Source of the DNA: Candidatus Woesebacteria bacterium GW2011_GWB1_38_8b
GTDB lineage: Bacteria; Patescibacteriota; Microgenomatia; UBA8517
NCBI GenBank assembly: GCA_000993115.1
Contig: LBVN01000003.1
Coordinates: forward strand, 1-43,633
DNA length: 43,633 nucleotides
Reading direction: 5' to 3'
Under the pieces are notes generated by a model. That model did no database searches. It was not told where the DNA came from and worked only from the letters and a program-made list of their open reading frames with translations. Shown piece after piece: positions 27,777 through 36,840 of the stretch. Each line of letters opens with the position of its first letter. Position 1 is the first letter of the stretch. A program made the position numbers and the translations under genes.

Positions 27777-29244
27777 AATCTTGCTATTATTTTATATCTT
27801 TCTTCAACTTTCCTATATGATTGAGCGACGAATGATGCAACTGCATCTTTGGACTCATTCAAATCTAGTATACCTCCATTTTCAGGCTCTCCAAAATGGG
27901 TATCGACTACAGACTTTATCGTACCAGCGAGTAATGTCATTTCATCTTCTAACCTTCTACCTGATTGTCTGAGCAATGTCTTATCAACTTCCTCTTTAAT
28001 CTCTGGTGTCATCTTTCCCATCTTCTCTCTGAAACAAGTTGATATGTATTGCGAGCTTGATTTATGTAATAGAAAGCATTTCCAAAAACTCGCAATTCTT
28101 CATCACTTAACTTATCTCTTAAATTATCCAATAAATCTTCGTAATTCAAAGTAAAGGGCACATCATACCTTGTCGATAATCCCATTAAAGTTACCGACAA
28201 CAAACGAAACGGATAGTCTTTTAACCCGGGGTATTCAGGCATATTCTGTCCATAGACACGGCTAACCAATCCTGATGCTCTAGCTATACTCTGGTGTGAT
28301 GTATTCCAAGCCGATTTAGGATTTGCAACTGGTAAAACATCTCTTTCGTAGTGTTCTTGAAAATTATCTCCATTTATTTCAATCGCTTTTCCCATATAGA
28401 AATACATCTGTAGGTAAGCAGAGAGATATCCGTTGTCAACTTGCTTTCCACTTTTAATTAAATCTTCCACAAGAATATTTGACCTATGGTCAACTTTATA
28501 TCCCAGCGACATTAAATATCGAGATAACTCAAGAACATATCTTTCTGATTCAGGTCCCCAATAGTAAAAATCCACATCTCCTGCATATGTTTTGTGGTCA
28601 CGGAGATAAACGGTCGCTCTACTGTCACCTGCTATTCCATTAGCTGTCCAAAATTGTTGGAGATGGCCCCTTGTAACTGCTTCTAAGGCTTGATTATTTT
28701 GTTCAAGTAAACGTCTTGAAATTTCTTGATGATTTCCACTTGATAGTATTAGTGCTCTTTGCCATTCTTTAATTCTATTCAACTCCTGAAACAAAACTCT
28801 TTCGTCACCTGTATAAACTAAATCAGGAGGCGAGGATAGGAGCGGTTCTCCCGAGACTTCTATAGGTTGTAATCTAACAGCATCCATTTTTCTTCTTAGT
28901 TTTCTGGCATCAAAGCCTAGCAAACCTTTTGATAGAAGACCAACAATTACTGACAATTCGGAACTGGAAGTGTGAGGGTCACTCACATCAATCTCTAGAT
29001 CTGCTACTAAATCTAGTATAGATTTTATATGTTCCTCGCCAAAACCCGCTTCGAGAAGAGTTTGGGAGTATGTATAAATTGGCAGGCTTGTATTCCCTTT
29101 TGCGGAACTCCATTTGTCACTAAGTAAGCTTGAAGCCTAACCAAATTGTGATGTGGTTTCTATTTCAGCAACTTTTGTGACAATTATCTGCCTTGCTCGC
29201 TCTAAGTTTAAATCAAATTTAGGGTTTTCTATATTTACGCCCAT
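27773..29244 (-). pseudogene. Probable disrupted Pol-beta-superfamily nucleotidyltransferase (in-frame TAG, likely frameshift); covers ORFs 28009-28986 and 27773-28021
   Basis: ATG 29244 is in frame with ORF 28986, with a single TAG at 29137-29139; AGDVDF DxD motif; AFYYINQARNTYQL helix like GlnD/GlnE/HEPN-type; GA-repeat at the junction with the 82-aa ORF. Confidence 0.55.
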
Positions 29245-29256
29245 TTATGAGCTGAA

Positions 29257-29285
29257 ATTATAACTTAGTACGAAGTGGTAATCAA
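29257..29285 (-). promoter_or_regulatory. Sigma70-type promoter for the NTase-NUDIX unit
   Basis: Minus strand TTGATT-17 nt-TATAAT, 12 nt before ATG 29244. Confidence 0.7.
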
Positions 29286-29534
29286 TGTTATAGGATTTTG
29301 TCTAGACTTAAGTCCGAACAAATACGAAAAATTATGACATAAAAAAAGCTGTAATTGTTGTACGAAAAGTGTCCGGAAGGTTTGTTTGGAAGTGTTTTTG
29401 TGATTTCTCGAGCTGACATGTTTTCCGAAATCCTGTATTCAGTATTTGTATTTATTACCCTATTTTTACCAGCCCTTTTTGAAGAGGTTTGACGGTTATA
29501 TTATGTCCCCCTGTTGCTGATATAATTACTTCAA

Positions 29535-30086
29535 ATGTTAGCTAAATTTTTTGGGAAAATAAGACGATTGAGTGGTGTGTTTTTGATCTTGGCGGGTGTA
29601 TTTTTTCTGCTAGTTGCTGCCTTTGTAAAAAATTACTCGGAGAAAGTATTGTCTTTTTCAACTCCCGATGGCGGGGAGGAAGCCGTTTCTAAAGCTGCAA
29701 AGGTAAAAGAAATTTATATTGAAAGTTTAAACATCAAGTTGCCGATTACTGAGTCCAAAATCGAAAACGGTATATGGCAAGTATCGCAGGACGGCGCAAG
29801 CCATCTGGATATTTCGGCAAATCCGGGTGAGGGTGGAAATATTGTTTTATATGGCCACAACAAAGCAAATCTTTTTGGAAGACTTACAAGAATAAAAATC
29901 GGGCAGGTGGTTGAACTAAAAGACGAGTTTGGAATTACCCATAAGTATTCGGTTGAAAGTACGACAACCGTAACGCCCGATCAAATTGACTATGTTCTGC
30001 CTAAGAATACCGAAACACTGACGTTTTATACATGTGTTGGATTTATGGATTCAAAAAGGTTTATTGTAACCGCTAAACCAATATAA
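29535..30086 (+). CDS. Sortase (class D/E-like), catalytic triad intact
   Basis: TM; NIVLYGHN (His), TLTFYTC (Cys), KRFIV (Arg); TGa-TATAAT leaderless promoter. Confidence 0.9.
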   Translation: MLAKFFGKIRRLSGVFLILAGVFFLLVAAFVKNYSEKVLSFSTPDGGEEAVSKAAKVKEIYIESLNIKLPITESKIENGIWQVSQDGASHLDISANPGEGGNIVLYGHNKANLFGRLTRIKIGQVVELKDEFGITHKYSVESTTTVTPDQIDYVLPKNTETLTFYTCVGFMDSKRFIVTAKPI

Positions 30087-30132
30087 TATAGTACACTCAT
30101 ATCAAACACACTCAACTATACTATATATAGTA

Positions 30133-30161
30133 TTGACTTTATTGCTATCCTATAATATAAT
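30133..30161 (+). promoter_or_regulatory. Sigma70-type promoter, leaderless
   Basis: TTGACT-17 nt-TATAAT, 6 nt before ATG 30168. Confidence 0.75.
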
Positions 30162-30167
30162 TGCTTC

Positions 30168-30836
30168 ATGAATTTCAGAAACCTTGCCAATTTTAGTACA
30201 ATTGTAGCGCTTTCTTTTATGTTACTTGCGCATACGGCTTTTGCGGCTGAATCAGAGTTTTCAGCGAGTGGTTTTGCCCAGTTTTGTGCAAAAAATCCAA
30301 GCATATGTAAAAAGGTAGATGTAAGCGGTAGGAAAGCCGGATTGAAATGTCCCGATTTTAACAATCAAATTGCAACAAAAGTTTATGTCCATGCAGGTGA
30401 CGGTCAGGTAATTTATGAAATGCCACACGTTGGGTTCAATTACGCAATCAACCTATACGGAGTTGGGGGAGCAGAAGTTGAAGTAACGACTCACAAACAC
30501 GATTTAAGCTGGGTTGCGGTTGAGTGTTCTTCTAAAAGCACTCCTAGCCAATCGCCTACGGTTACACCTGCGAATACATTAACACCCACTCAAACACCAA
30601 CTAGTACAGATACACCTGGTGTTACTGAAACACCAACACCAACCCCTACTAACGGAGAAAACAACAACAGTAATTCAAGTTCCGGCTCAAATGATTCCGG
30701 ACGTGGAGGCGCAGAAATCTTAGGTGCCACAACTCTTGCGTTTACAGGAGCTCCATTAACCGGAATTCCAACAATGATACTTTTGGGTGGACTTTCCATT
30801 CTTCTTCAGGGGTTTAAACTCATCATAAAAAAGTAA
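30168..30836 (+). CDS. Secreted Cys/His-containing protein with LAFTG sortase sorting signal
   Basis: Signal peptide AFA|A; Pro/Thr linker; EILGATT-LAFTG-hydrophobic-KK; adjacent to the sortase. Confidence 0.8.
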   Translation: MNFRNLANFSTIVALSFMLLAHTAFAAESEFSASGFAQFCAKNPSICKKVDVSGRKAGLKCPDFNNQIATKVYVHAGDGQVIYEMPHVGFNYAINLYGVGGAEVEVTTHKHDLSWVAVECSSKSTPSQSPTVTPANTLTPTQTPTSTDTPGVTETPTPTPTNGENNNSNSSSGSNDSGRGGAEILGATTLAFTGAPLTGIPTMILLGGLSILLQGFKLIIKK

Positions 30837-30870
30837 CCATTTAGGGCAGCTTGGGTGTAAAATAAGATTG

Positions 30871-32715
30871 ATGAGGAAAATACTTGCGTTTTTTGCATCA
30901 ATACTAACCCTTTTTATTTTTACTTCAAAAGCGGCTTTTGCCCAAGACAGTTATATTATTGAGGACTTCAAAAGTGACATTACCATTAATCGCGATACAT
31001 CTGTAACTGTCGCCGAAACTATAAGAGCTAAATTTCGCTACGATAAACACGGGATAATAAGGGTTCTGCCGGCAGTTTATTCCCACGCGGGAAAAAGCAT
31101 TAATTCTCATATTAAAATAATCTCAGTTACAGATGAAGACGGAAATTATTATAACTATACGACCGAAAGATTGAACCAAAGTATCCGCTTAAAAATCGGC
31201 GATCCGGATAAAACAATTACCGGCACTCACATTTATAAAATAGAATACAAATTAAACGGAGTTATTTTAAAATACGATGGAATTCCTGAATTTTATTGGA
31301 ATGTTAACGGCCACGAATGGGATACACAAATTATGAGCGCTTCTGCAACTGTAAAAACGGACTATGCAAAACCTATCGATACAATTTGCTACACAGGGTT
31401 ACCCGATTCAGGCGACTCTGATTGCGAAAAATTAACATACGATGACCATGTAGAATTTTCAACTCTGGAAATTAACCCCGGAGCCGATTTTTCGTTTGCT
31501 GTGAAGTTTGATACCAATAATTCCTTAATTTTTCCAAGCAGCTCTCAGAGGTTATCTTCGTCAGCTTTTGATAATTGGGGATATATCCCGTCGGTCATTC
31601 CGCTTTTTTTGATCGTTTATATCTGGTACAAAAAAGGCCGGGATGAAAAGTATGTTGGAGACAATTATTACTACAAGCCCGATAATCCAAAAACCGAAAC
31701 AGTCACAATATTTAAGCGGGGACATATTCCCTTGGTTTATCATCCATTAGACGGTTTGTCTCCTGCGCAGGTAGGAACTATTTTGGATGAACGCATTGAC
31801 ATTAACGACATTGTTGCAGAAATTGTTGAGTTGGCACGTTTGAAATTTATAAAAATTGAAAAACTGCCTAAGAAAAACGTTTTATCAAAACAAGATTATG
31901 CAATCACTAAACTTAATAAAGATGACGCAAAACTGACCGATTATCAAAAAGAAATTATAAAAGAATTATTCAGAAATCAAATACAATCAGATTCGATTTT
32001 TGAACTAGCAAAACTTATCGAAAATCCAACCGATGAAGAGAAGGAGCTGAAAAAAACCGTCGGAGCCGATTATGTAACATTATCTTCATTGAAAAATCAT
32101 TTTTATGCGGCGCTTCCCAACATAAAGAAAAAAGTTTATAAAAGCCTGGCAGAAGCCGAACTTTTTGATGGGAGCCCTGATACTGTAAGAATAAAATATA
32201 TCGGACTGTTTATATTTTTGAGTTTCGTATTTGGATTTTTAACACTCATATATAGTATTTATTATTATAATTTTGTTCCGCTTTTCTTATTTATAATGGG
32301 AAGTGTTTTTGGCATATTTTTTGCAATGGCTATGCCGAAAAAAACTGCATGGGGTTATTCAATGTATAAGCAGGTCCGGGGACTTCGTGAATACTTGGAA
32401 GTTGGAAAATGGAGACACGAAAACTATGAGAAAAATATGTTTTTTGAAGAAATGATACCGTTGGCAATATCTTTAGGGGTAATTAATAAATTGGCAGGAG
32501 ATATGAATGAATTGGGGATTCAACCGCCAAGGTATATGAGCGGATTTACGATAGCACATTTTGCCTCGGATATGAGTTCGTTTAGATCAACGGCCGCATC
32601 AACCTTTGCTTCCGTTCCTGGCGGATCAGGACACTCTAGTTGGGGTGGTGGGTCAGGGTTTTCCGGTGGCGGCTCAGGCGGGGGGTTTGGTGGAGGGGGA
32701 GGGGGAAGTTGGTAG
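30871..32715 (+). CDS. DUF2207 family membrane protein
   Basis: VAETI...KHGIIR, IGDPD, EFYWNVNG..W, PLDGLSPA, P.AISLG, Gly-rich GGGGGSW C-terminus. Confidence 0.9.
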   Translation: MRKILAFFASILTLFIFTSKAAFAQDSYIIEDFKSDITINRDTSVTVAETIRAKFRYDKHGIIRVLPAVYSHAGKSINSHIKIISVTDEDGNYYNYTTERLNQSIRLKIGDPDKTITGTHIYKIEYKLNGVILKYDGIPEFYWNVNGHEWDTQIMSASATVKTDYAKPIDTICYTGLPDSGDSDCEKLTYDDHVEFSTLEINPGADFSFAVKFDTNNSLIFPSSSQRLSSSAFDNWGYIPSVIPLFLIVYIWYKKGRDEKYVGDNYYYKPDNPKTETVTIFKRGHIPLVYHPLDGLSPAQVGTILDERIDINDIVAEIVELARLKFIKIEKLPKKNVLSKQDYAITKLNKDDAKLTDYQKEIIKELFRNQIQSDSIFELAKLIENPTDEEKELKKTVGADYVTLSSLKNHFYAALPNIKKKVYKSLAEAELFDGSPDTVRIKYIGLFIFLSFVFGFLTLIYSIYYYNFVPLFLFIMGSVFGIFFAMAMPKKTAWGYSMYKQVRGLREYLEVGKWRHENYEKNMFFEEMIPLAISLGVINKLAGDMNELGIQPPRYMSGFTIAHFASDMSSFRSTAASTFASVPGGSGHSSWGGGSGFSGGGSGGGFGGGGGGSW

Positions 32716-32746
32716 ATTTTGTTAGAAATAATAGAAAGGAGGGAAA

Positions 32747-32866
32747 ATGCGACCAGTAGAAAAAGGACCAGTAGGTTCACCATCAGATGAACGTCCTAAA
32801 CCCGAGGACAAACCAGGACCAAAATCCATATTATCCAGAAGATTTACGACTTTAAGATCAAAATAA
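32747..32866 (+). CDS. Small 39-aa Pro-rich basic peptide (not in ORF track)
   Basis: SD agaaaggagg then ATG; MRPVEKGPVGSPSDERPKPEDKPGPKSILSRRFTTLRSK*. Confidence 0.45.
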   Translation: MRPVEKGPVGSPSDERPKPEDKPGPKSILSRRFTTLRSK

Positions 32867-33026
32867 ATGTATAAATCGTTCTTGGGAAAAATCACATCGT
32901 TTCTTCGATTGTTTTAGTTCCCAGGCTTGGGCTAAAGAGTTTTACCAACAACTTTAAATAGTCGCGGGAGGTAGTAATTTCCTAAGTAAAGTTTTTTATA
33001 TTTAAATTTTTTCTCTTTGACAAATC

Positions 33027-33335
33027 TTGTTTGTTGAGGCAAACTGTTGTCTAGTTGTAAAATTATGTCGTCACAAAAAAAAATCTCCTACAATTGCTTC
33101 CTTAAAACAAAAATTAGATGAAATTTCCCAGTTGGATTCGAACCTGAAGGATAAACACAAGGAAATAAGTAATTTAAATAAACAGTTCGATAACGCTTAT
33201 AAAGAAACTAAGAATTTGGGTGTAAAAGGCTCGGTAGAACACTCTGGAATTGATACAGAAGTGCAATCTGATGGCAGTAAAATTAATAAAATAACTTTTG
33301 GTCCGGGCACTTCATCGAAAGAAAAAGAATCTTGA
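33027..33335 (+). CDS. Hypothetical coiled-coil protein; start uncertain (possible A9 slippage from ATG 33065)
   Basis: Heptad LKQKLDEISQLDSNLKDKHKEISNLNKQF; no good start in frame. Confidence 0.4.
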   Translation: MFVEANCCLVVKLCRHKKKSPTIASLKQKLDEISQLDSNLKDKHKEISNLNKQFDNAYKETKNLGVKGSVEHSGIDTEVQSDGSKINKITFGPGTSSKEKES

Positions 33336-33406
33336 TTTTTTTCAAAGAAATATGAAAATCGCTGGAAAGCAGAAAACCTTGTTAAGTAAAAAGTAGGTGA
33401 AATACG

Positions 33407-33427
33407 TACGAGGGATTATCCCTCGTA
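33407..33427. repeat. RAYT-associated palindrome, directly after the transposase stop
   Basis: tacgagggat-t-atccctcgta, perfect 10-bp inverted repeat. Confidence 0.9.
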
Positions 33428-33624
33428 GTTAATCTTCCAATGTAAACCTTCCTAACAACTCCCTTTCGTTTTCCTTATAATTTTCAACAAATGATTGATA
33501 TGTCAAGATTTTAGATGGAAATTGTGATTTGTCGTTTTGAAACATTTGCAAAATTGGTTTTGGATTTAACCAATCGGGACAATTTATACCAATATAATAC
33601 TTATAGCTTGAATATTTGTATTTA

Positions 33625-33645
33625 TGCAAGGGATTATCCCTTGCA
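33625..33645. repeat. RAYT-associated palindrome inside the transposase CDS
   Basis: tgcaagggat-t-atcccttgca, perfect; reads ARDNPLH. Confidence 0.9.
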
Positions 33646-33913
33646 AGCAGCTCACTTGGATTAAGATGAATGTATCTTGATAAGTGAAGGAAATAGGATT
33701 CATCCAAGATAAGGACCGCTTTATACACACCCTGAAACAGCCTGCCGGTTCTTTCATAAGTTTTATTAAAATACATAGAATAGTTTGTTAAGAGAGCTTT
33801 AGAGAACCTTTTTAAACCATATTTTGATTTCTGACGAATAAGTAAATGGAAATGGTTGGGCATAAGGCAGTATGATATGAGTTCAATATCGTCATAACAA
33901 TTTAACGGTTTTC

Positions 33914-33934
33914 TACGAGGGATAATCCCTTGTA
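33914..33934. repeat. RAYT-associated palindrome inside the transposase CDS
   Basis: tacgagggat-a-atcccttgta, one G-T; reads IQGIIPR. Confidence 0.88.
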
Positions 33935-34122
33935 TTTTCAACAAATCTGGATGGTCGATTGGCAGTAAATATTCTTTGAGAAGCCTGAGAAAAACTGAAT
34001 AGTCCAAATCTCTTTGGAAAATCTTTCGTTTATCAACTCCTCGATTATATATGTGGTAGTATCCGCCTTCTATGTAAGTTTTAACTGAGTTTAATGGAGG
34101 CATATTTAATTTTATCATGCGC

Positions 34123-34145
34123 TACAAGGGATAATCCCTTGTGGG
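34123..34145. repeat. RAYT-associated palindrome upstream of the transposase
   Basis: tacaagggat-a-atcccttgtggg. Confidence 0.9.
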
Positions 34146-34232
34146 AGGCTGCATAGATATAACCTATGGGGTATTGTTGGGGTTGGTGTGTTATCCAATA
34201 ATTTTAATCTATTTTGTTATAGTTAATTACTA

Positions 34233-34261
34233 TTGACAGGGGGATTTTCTGATGATATTTT
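34233..34261 (+). promoter_or_regulatory. Sigma70-type promoter for the TasA-like locus
   Basis: TTGACA-17 nt-(TGa)TATTTT. Confidence 0.6.
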
Positions 34262-34292
34262 TAAATACGGTTAATGGTTAATTGACTTCTAG

Positions 34293-35705
34293 ATGAAGAA
34301 AATATTATCAAGCCTTACCATCCTCAGCCTGACACTTGCGCTAGCAATCGGATTTTCTCGGGCATTTTTCTCCGATACAGAAACTTCAAAAGATAACAAA
34401 CTCACAGCAGGAAAAATTGATTTACTTGTTGATAACACTTCTTATTACAACGGAGTAAAAAATGAAGGAACAACCTTTACTCCAAGCGATTTACCGGAAA
34501 AATATTTTTTCAATTTTACAGATTTAAAGCCAGATGATTACGGTGAAGATACGATAAGCTTGCACGTTGATGATAACGATGCTTGGGCTTGTATGAAAAT
34601 TACAAAGACTGCCGATGATGATAATACCTGCACTGAGCCTGAAAAAATTGACGATCCGTCGTGTTTGGAACCCGATAACGATACTGATGACGGTGAGCTT
34701 GGAGACAATCTACTCTTTGTTTTCTGGGCAGATGATGGTGATAATGTTTTGGAAGTTGGCGAAGATCCAACTTGGAGGAAAGGAAGCGCTTCAAGTCTTT
34801 TTGACGGAACCGTTTGGCCACTCGCTGATTCATCCTTCAATGTTTGGGGTGAAGCTTCTGGAACACGGTTGGCTCCAAATCCGCGACCAGTCGCCGAGTA
34901 TCCACTTGGTCCCGCTGGGGATAATAATGGAAACAATATAGCTGGTGAACCTGAAGACGGAGGATTTTTCTGTGACGGCGAGACTCTTAATAATGTAACC
35001 CAAACCGATATTTTCCTTGCAGATGTTGAATTTTGGGCAGAGCAGCGCCGACATAACGACAATTTCCGTTGCGACGGAACGACCCCATCAGGAACACCGA
35101 CAAATACTCCGACTCCAACTCCATCACTTGTTGCTTGCCAACAGGCTGATGTGATACTTGTGCTTGATAGGTCGGGAAGTATTGACGGCACAGAACTTGC
35201 TACTCTAAAAACCGCCGCAAAAACTTTCATTGACGATCTTGGTCTTTCAGCCTCAGGAATTCACGCAGGTTTCTCAAGTTTCGCAACTACTGCATCACTT
35301 AATCAGCACTTAACGGACAATGGCACAACAGTTAAAAACGCAATCGACCTACTTCCTTCAAGCGGATTTACAAACCTGAAAGAGGGAATTGATCTTGCAA
35401 TCGGTGAACATGCAAACCCCGGCGATAATCACGATAGAGAAGATGTTGGCTCTCCCGACAAAATGATAATTATTACGGACGGTCATCCGAACCGTCCACT
35501 TCCCGAATCAACTGCCGATGATGTTGCAAAAGCTTCGGCCGATGCAGCGAGGTCTGCTGGTGCTGAAGTCTATGTTGTCGGAATCGGAAGCGATGTAAAT
35601 GCAAGTTATCTGCAGACAGTAGCAAATGATGCAGGCCACTATTACCCGGTTTCGGGTTATGGCGGTCTTCAGACTGTGTTACAGAATTTGGACCTCTGCG
35701 ATTAG
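34293..35705 (+). CDS. TasA/CalY-like protein with SipW-type signal and C-terminal VWA domain
   Basis: SRA|FFSDTETSKDNKLTAGKIDL; DLKPDD.GE; VWA MIDAS DRSGS...TN...ITDG. Confidence 0.85.
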   Translation: MKKILSSLTILSLTLALAIGFSRAFFSDTETSKDNKLTAGKIDLLVDNTSYYNGVKNEGTTFTPSDLPEKYFFNFTDLKPDDYGEDTISLHVDDNDAWACMKITKTADDDNTCTEPEKIDDPSCLEPDNDTDDGELGDNLLFVFWADDGDNVLEVGEDPTWRKGSASSLFDGTVWPLADSSFNVWGEASGTRLAPNPRPVAEYPLGPAGDNNGNNIAGEPEDGGFFCDGETLNNVTQTDIFLADVEFWAEQRRHNDNFRCDGTTPSGTPTNTPTPTPSLVACQQADVILVLDRSGSIDGTELATLKTAAKTFIDDLGLSASGIHAGFSSFATTASLNQHLTDNGTTVKNAIDLLPSSGFTNLKEGIDLAIGEHANPGDNHDREDVGSPDKMIIITDGHPNRPLPESTADDVAKASADAARSAGAEVYVVGIGSDVNASYLQTVANDAGHYYPVSGYGGLQTVLQNLDLCD

Positions 35706-35756
35706 TGATTTAGCCTTGCAATAACTTGCTTCATCTTGCGGTATTTTATATATTTT

Positions 35757-35981
35757 ATGGCAATAGCAGTTGGAAAAGAAAACACCATTGGCACGGAAGC
35801 CGCGAGGAAAGCACGACAGGAAACAATACGGAAGCTAAGAGGAAATGAAATTCTTGAATTAGGGATGGTTATTGATGGGGTTGGTATAAAAGACGATATG
35901 AAGACACAGCGTCGAAAACTTAGAACACAATTAGGAGAAATTAACTGGGGTAATGTAATACCTGTTTGTGATAGTTCATAA
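35757..35981 (+). CDS. Small basic helical hypothetical protein (paralog array 1/4)
   Basis: ATG after -10-like TATATT; shares motifs with its neighbours. Confidence 0.6.
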   Translation: MAIAVGKENTIGTEAARKARQETIRKLRGNEILELGMVIDGVGIKDDMKTQRRKLRTQLGEINWGNVIPVCDSS

Positions 35982-35985
35982 AATT

Positions 35986-36198
35986 ATGGCAAAAGTAAAT
36001 GGTGGGATAGAGGTAGATTATTCAACTTTGAGTTCTGATGTGCTAAAGGTACATTTGGCAAAGAACATATGGGAAAGAAGAGTTGCCAGACGTATTAGAG
36101 GAAAAGGAAAAAGACAAATATTAGATAGTCTAGCTGAGAAACGAGAATTTATTAATAAAGCTCTAACGAAACAATCAGGTGCAGACGAAGTCGTTTGA
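35986..36198 (+). CDS. Small basic helical hypothetical protein (2/4)
   Basis: LKVHLAKN...KREFIN. Confidence 0.6.
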   Translation: MAKVNGGIEVDYSTLSSDVLKVHLAKNIWERRVARRIRGKGKRQILDSLAEKREFINKALTKQSGADEVV

Positions 36199-36209
36199 TT
36201 ATTAATTTT

Positions 36210-36419
36210 ATGGCAGAAATTAGTTTGGAGGAGCGAAAAATAAAAGAATTAGCCCTTAAAGCGCAGCTTGGACGAAACAGTCTGGATTATCAAAGATCAA
36301 GAAGGCGAAAGCATCCGGCTTTAACTTTTGAACAGCATTTAGAAATAGCTCAGGGAATAAAAAGGGAAATTAATAATTTAATTCATAACGGTCGAGTCGA
36401 GAGCGATTTCGTTATTTGA
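36210..36419 (+). CDS. Small basic helical hypothetical protein (3/4)
   Basis: LKAQLGRN...KREIN. Confidence 0.6.
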   Translation: MAEISLEERKIKELALKAQLGRNSLDYQRSRRRKHPALTFEQHLEIAQGIKREINNLIHNGRVESDFVI

Positions 36420-36441
36420 CCTTTTAAATATTATTTTGATT

Positions 36442-36702
36442 ATGGGAGTCGACAGATTTTTTGTCACAAACGTTCGGAGAGATTTACAAGGGGTATTGCA
36501 AGATAATGCTGCATTAGTTGCACAAACTGATGATGAAGACCTTAGAGCTCAGGCAAAAAAACTCGATGTAGCTTTAAGACAGCTGAATTGGGGTGGTGTG
36601 AGGAAGTTGGGTTTATTGGGTGAGGTTATTAAATTCGAAAATTTATGTAATGAGAGTGATGAGTCGATTTGGGTAACGGGGCCGGAAAACGCTGAGAGTT
36701 AA
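36442..36702 (+). CDS. Small helical hypothetical protein (4/4)
   Basis: LQGVLQDN...LRQLNWG. Confidence 0.6.
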   Translation: MGVDRFFVTNVRRDLQGVLQDNAALVAQTDDEDLRAQAKKLDVALRQLNWGGVRKLGLLGEVIKFENLCNESDESIWVTGPENAES

Positions 36703-36840
36703 TTGATCTTTTAAAAATAATAATCAGGGAGCGGAGCCCCGCACCTGTATTCGCAATTCATTATGTATATATATTTTAGATTATTTATAAATTTGGAGAT
36801 GCTCCACAGGAGCCATCTCTTAGGGGGAGGTGAATAAAAT

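Larger units (their letters stand above)
33429..34103 (-). mobile_element. REP-associated tyrosine transposase (RAYT, Y1/HUH family)
   Basis: YHIYNRG, YCLMPNHFHLL (HUH), G.LFQG.YK, YIHLNP (catalytic Tyr), YSSY; likely start MPPLN at 34103 behind TGa-TAAAAT. Confidence 0.92.

Noticed and set aside
33429-34118. IS200/IS605 element with TnpB
   Set aside because: No TnpB is adjacent; the length and the NP..YSSY C-terminal motifs fit RAYT rather than IS200 TnpA.
34538-35230. 230-aa antisense ORF and other short antisense or alternate-frame ORFs in the track
   Set aside because: Shadows of well-supported genes; Ser/Pro/Phe-biased with no motifs or start signals.
35757-36702. Integron cassette array
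   Set aside because: Spacers of 4-22 nt are too short for attC sites, and there is no integrase.
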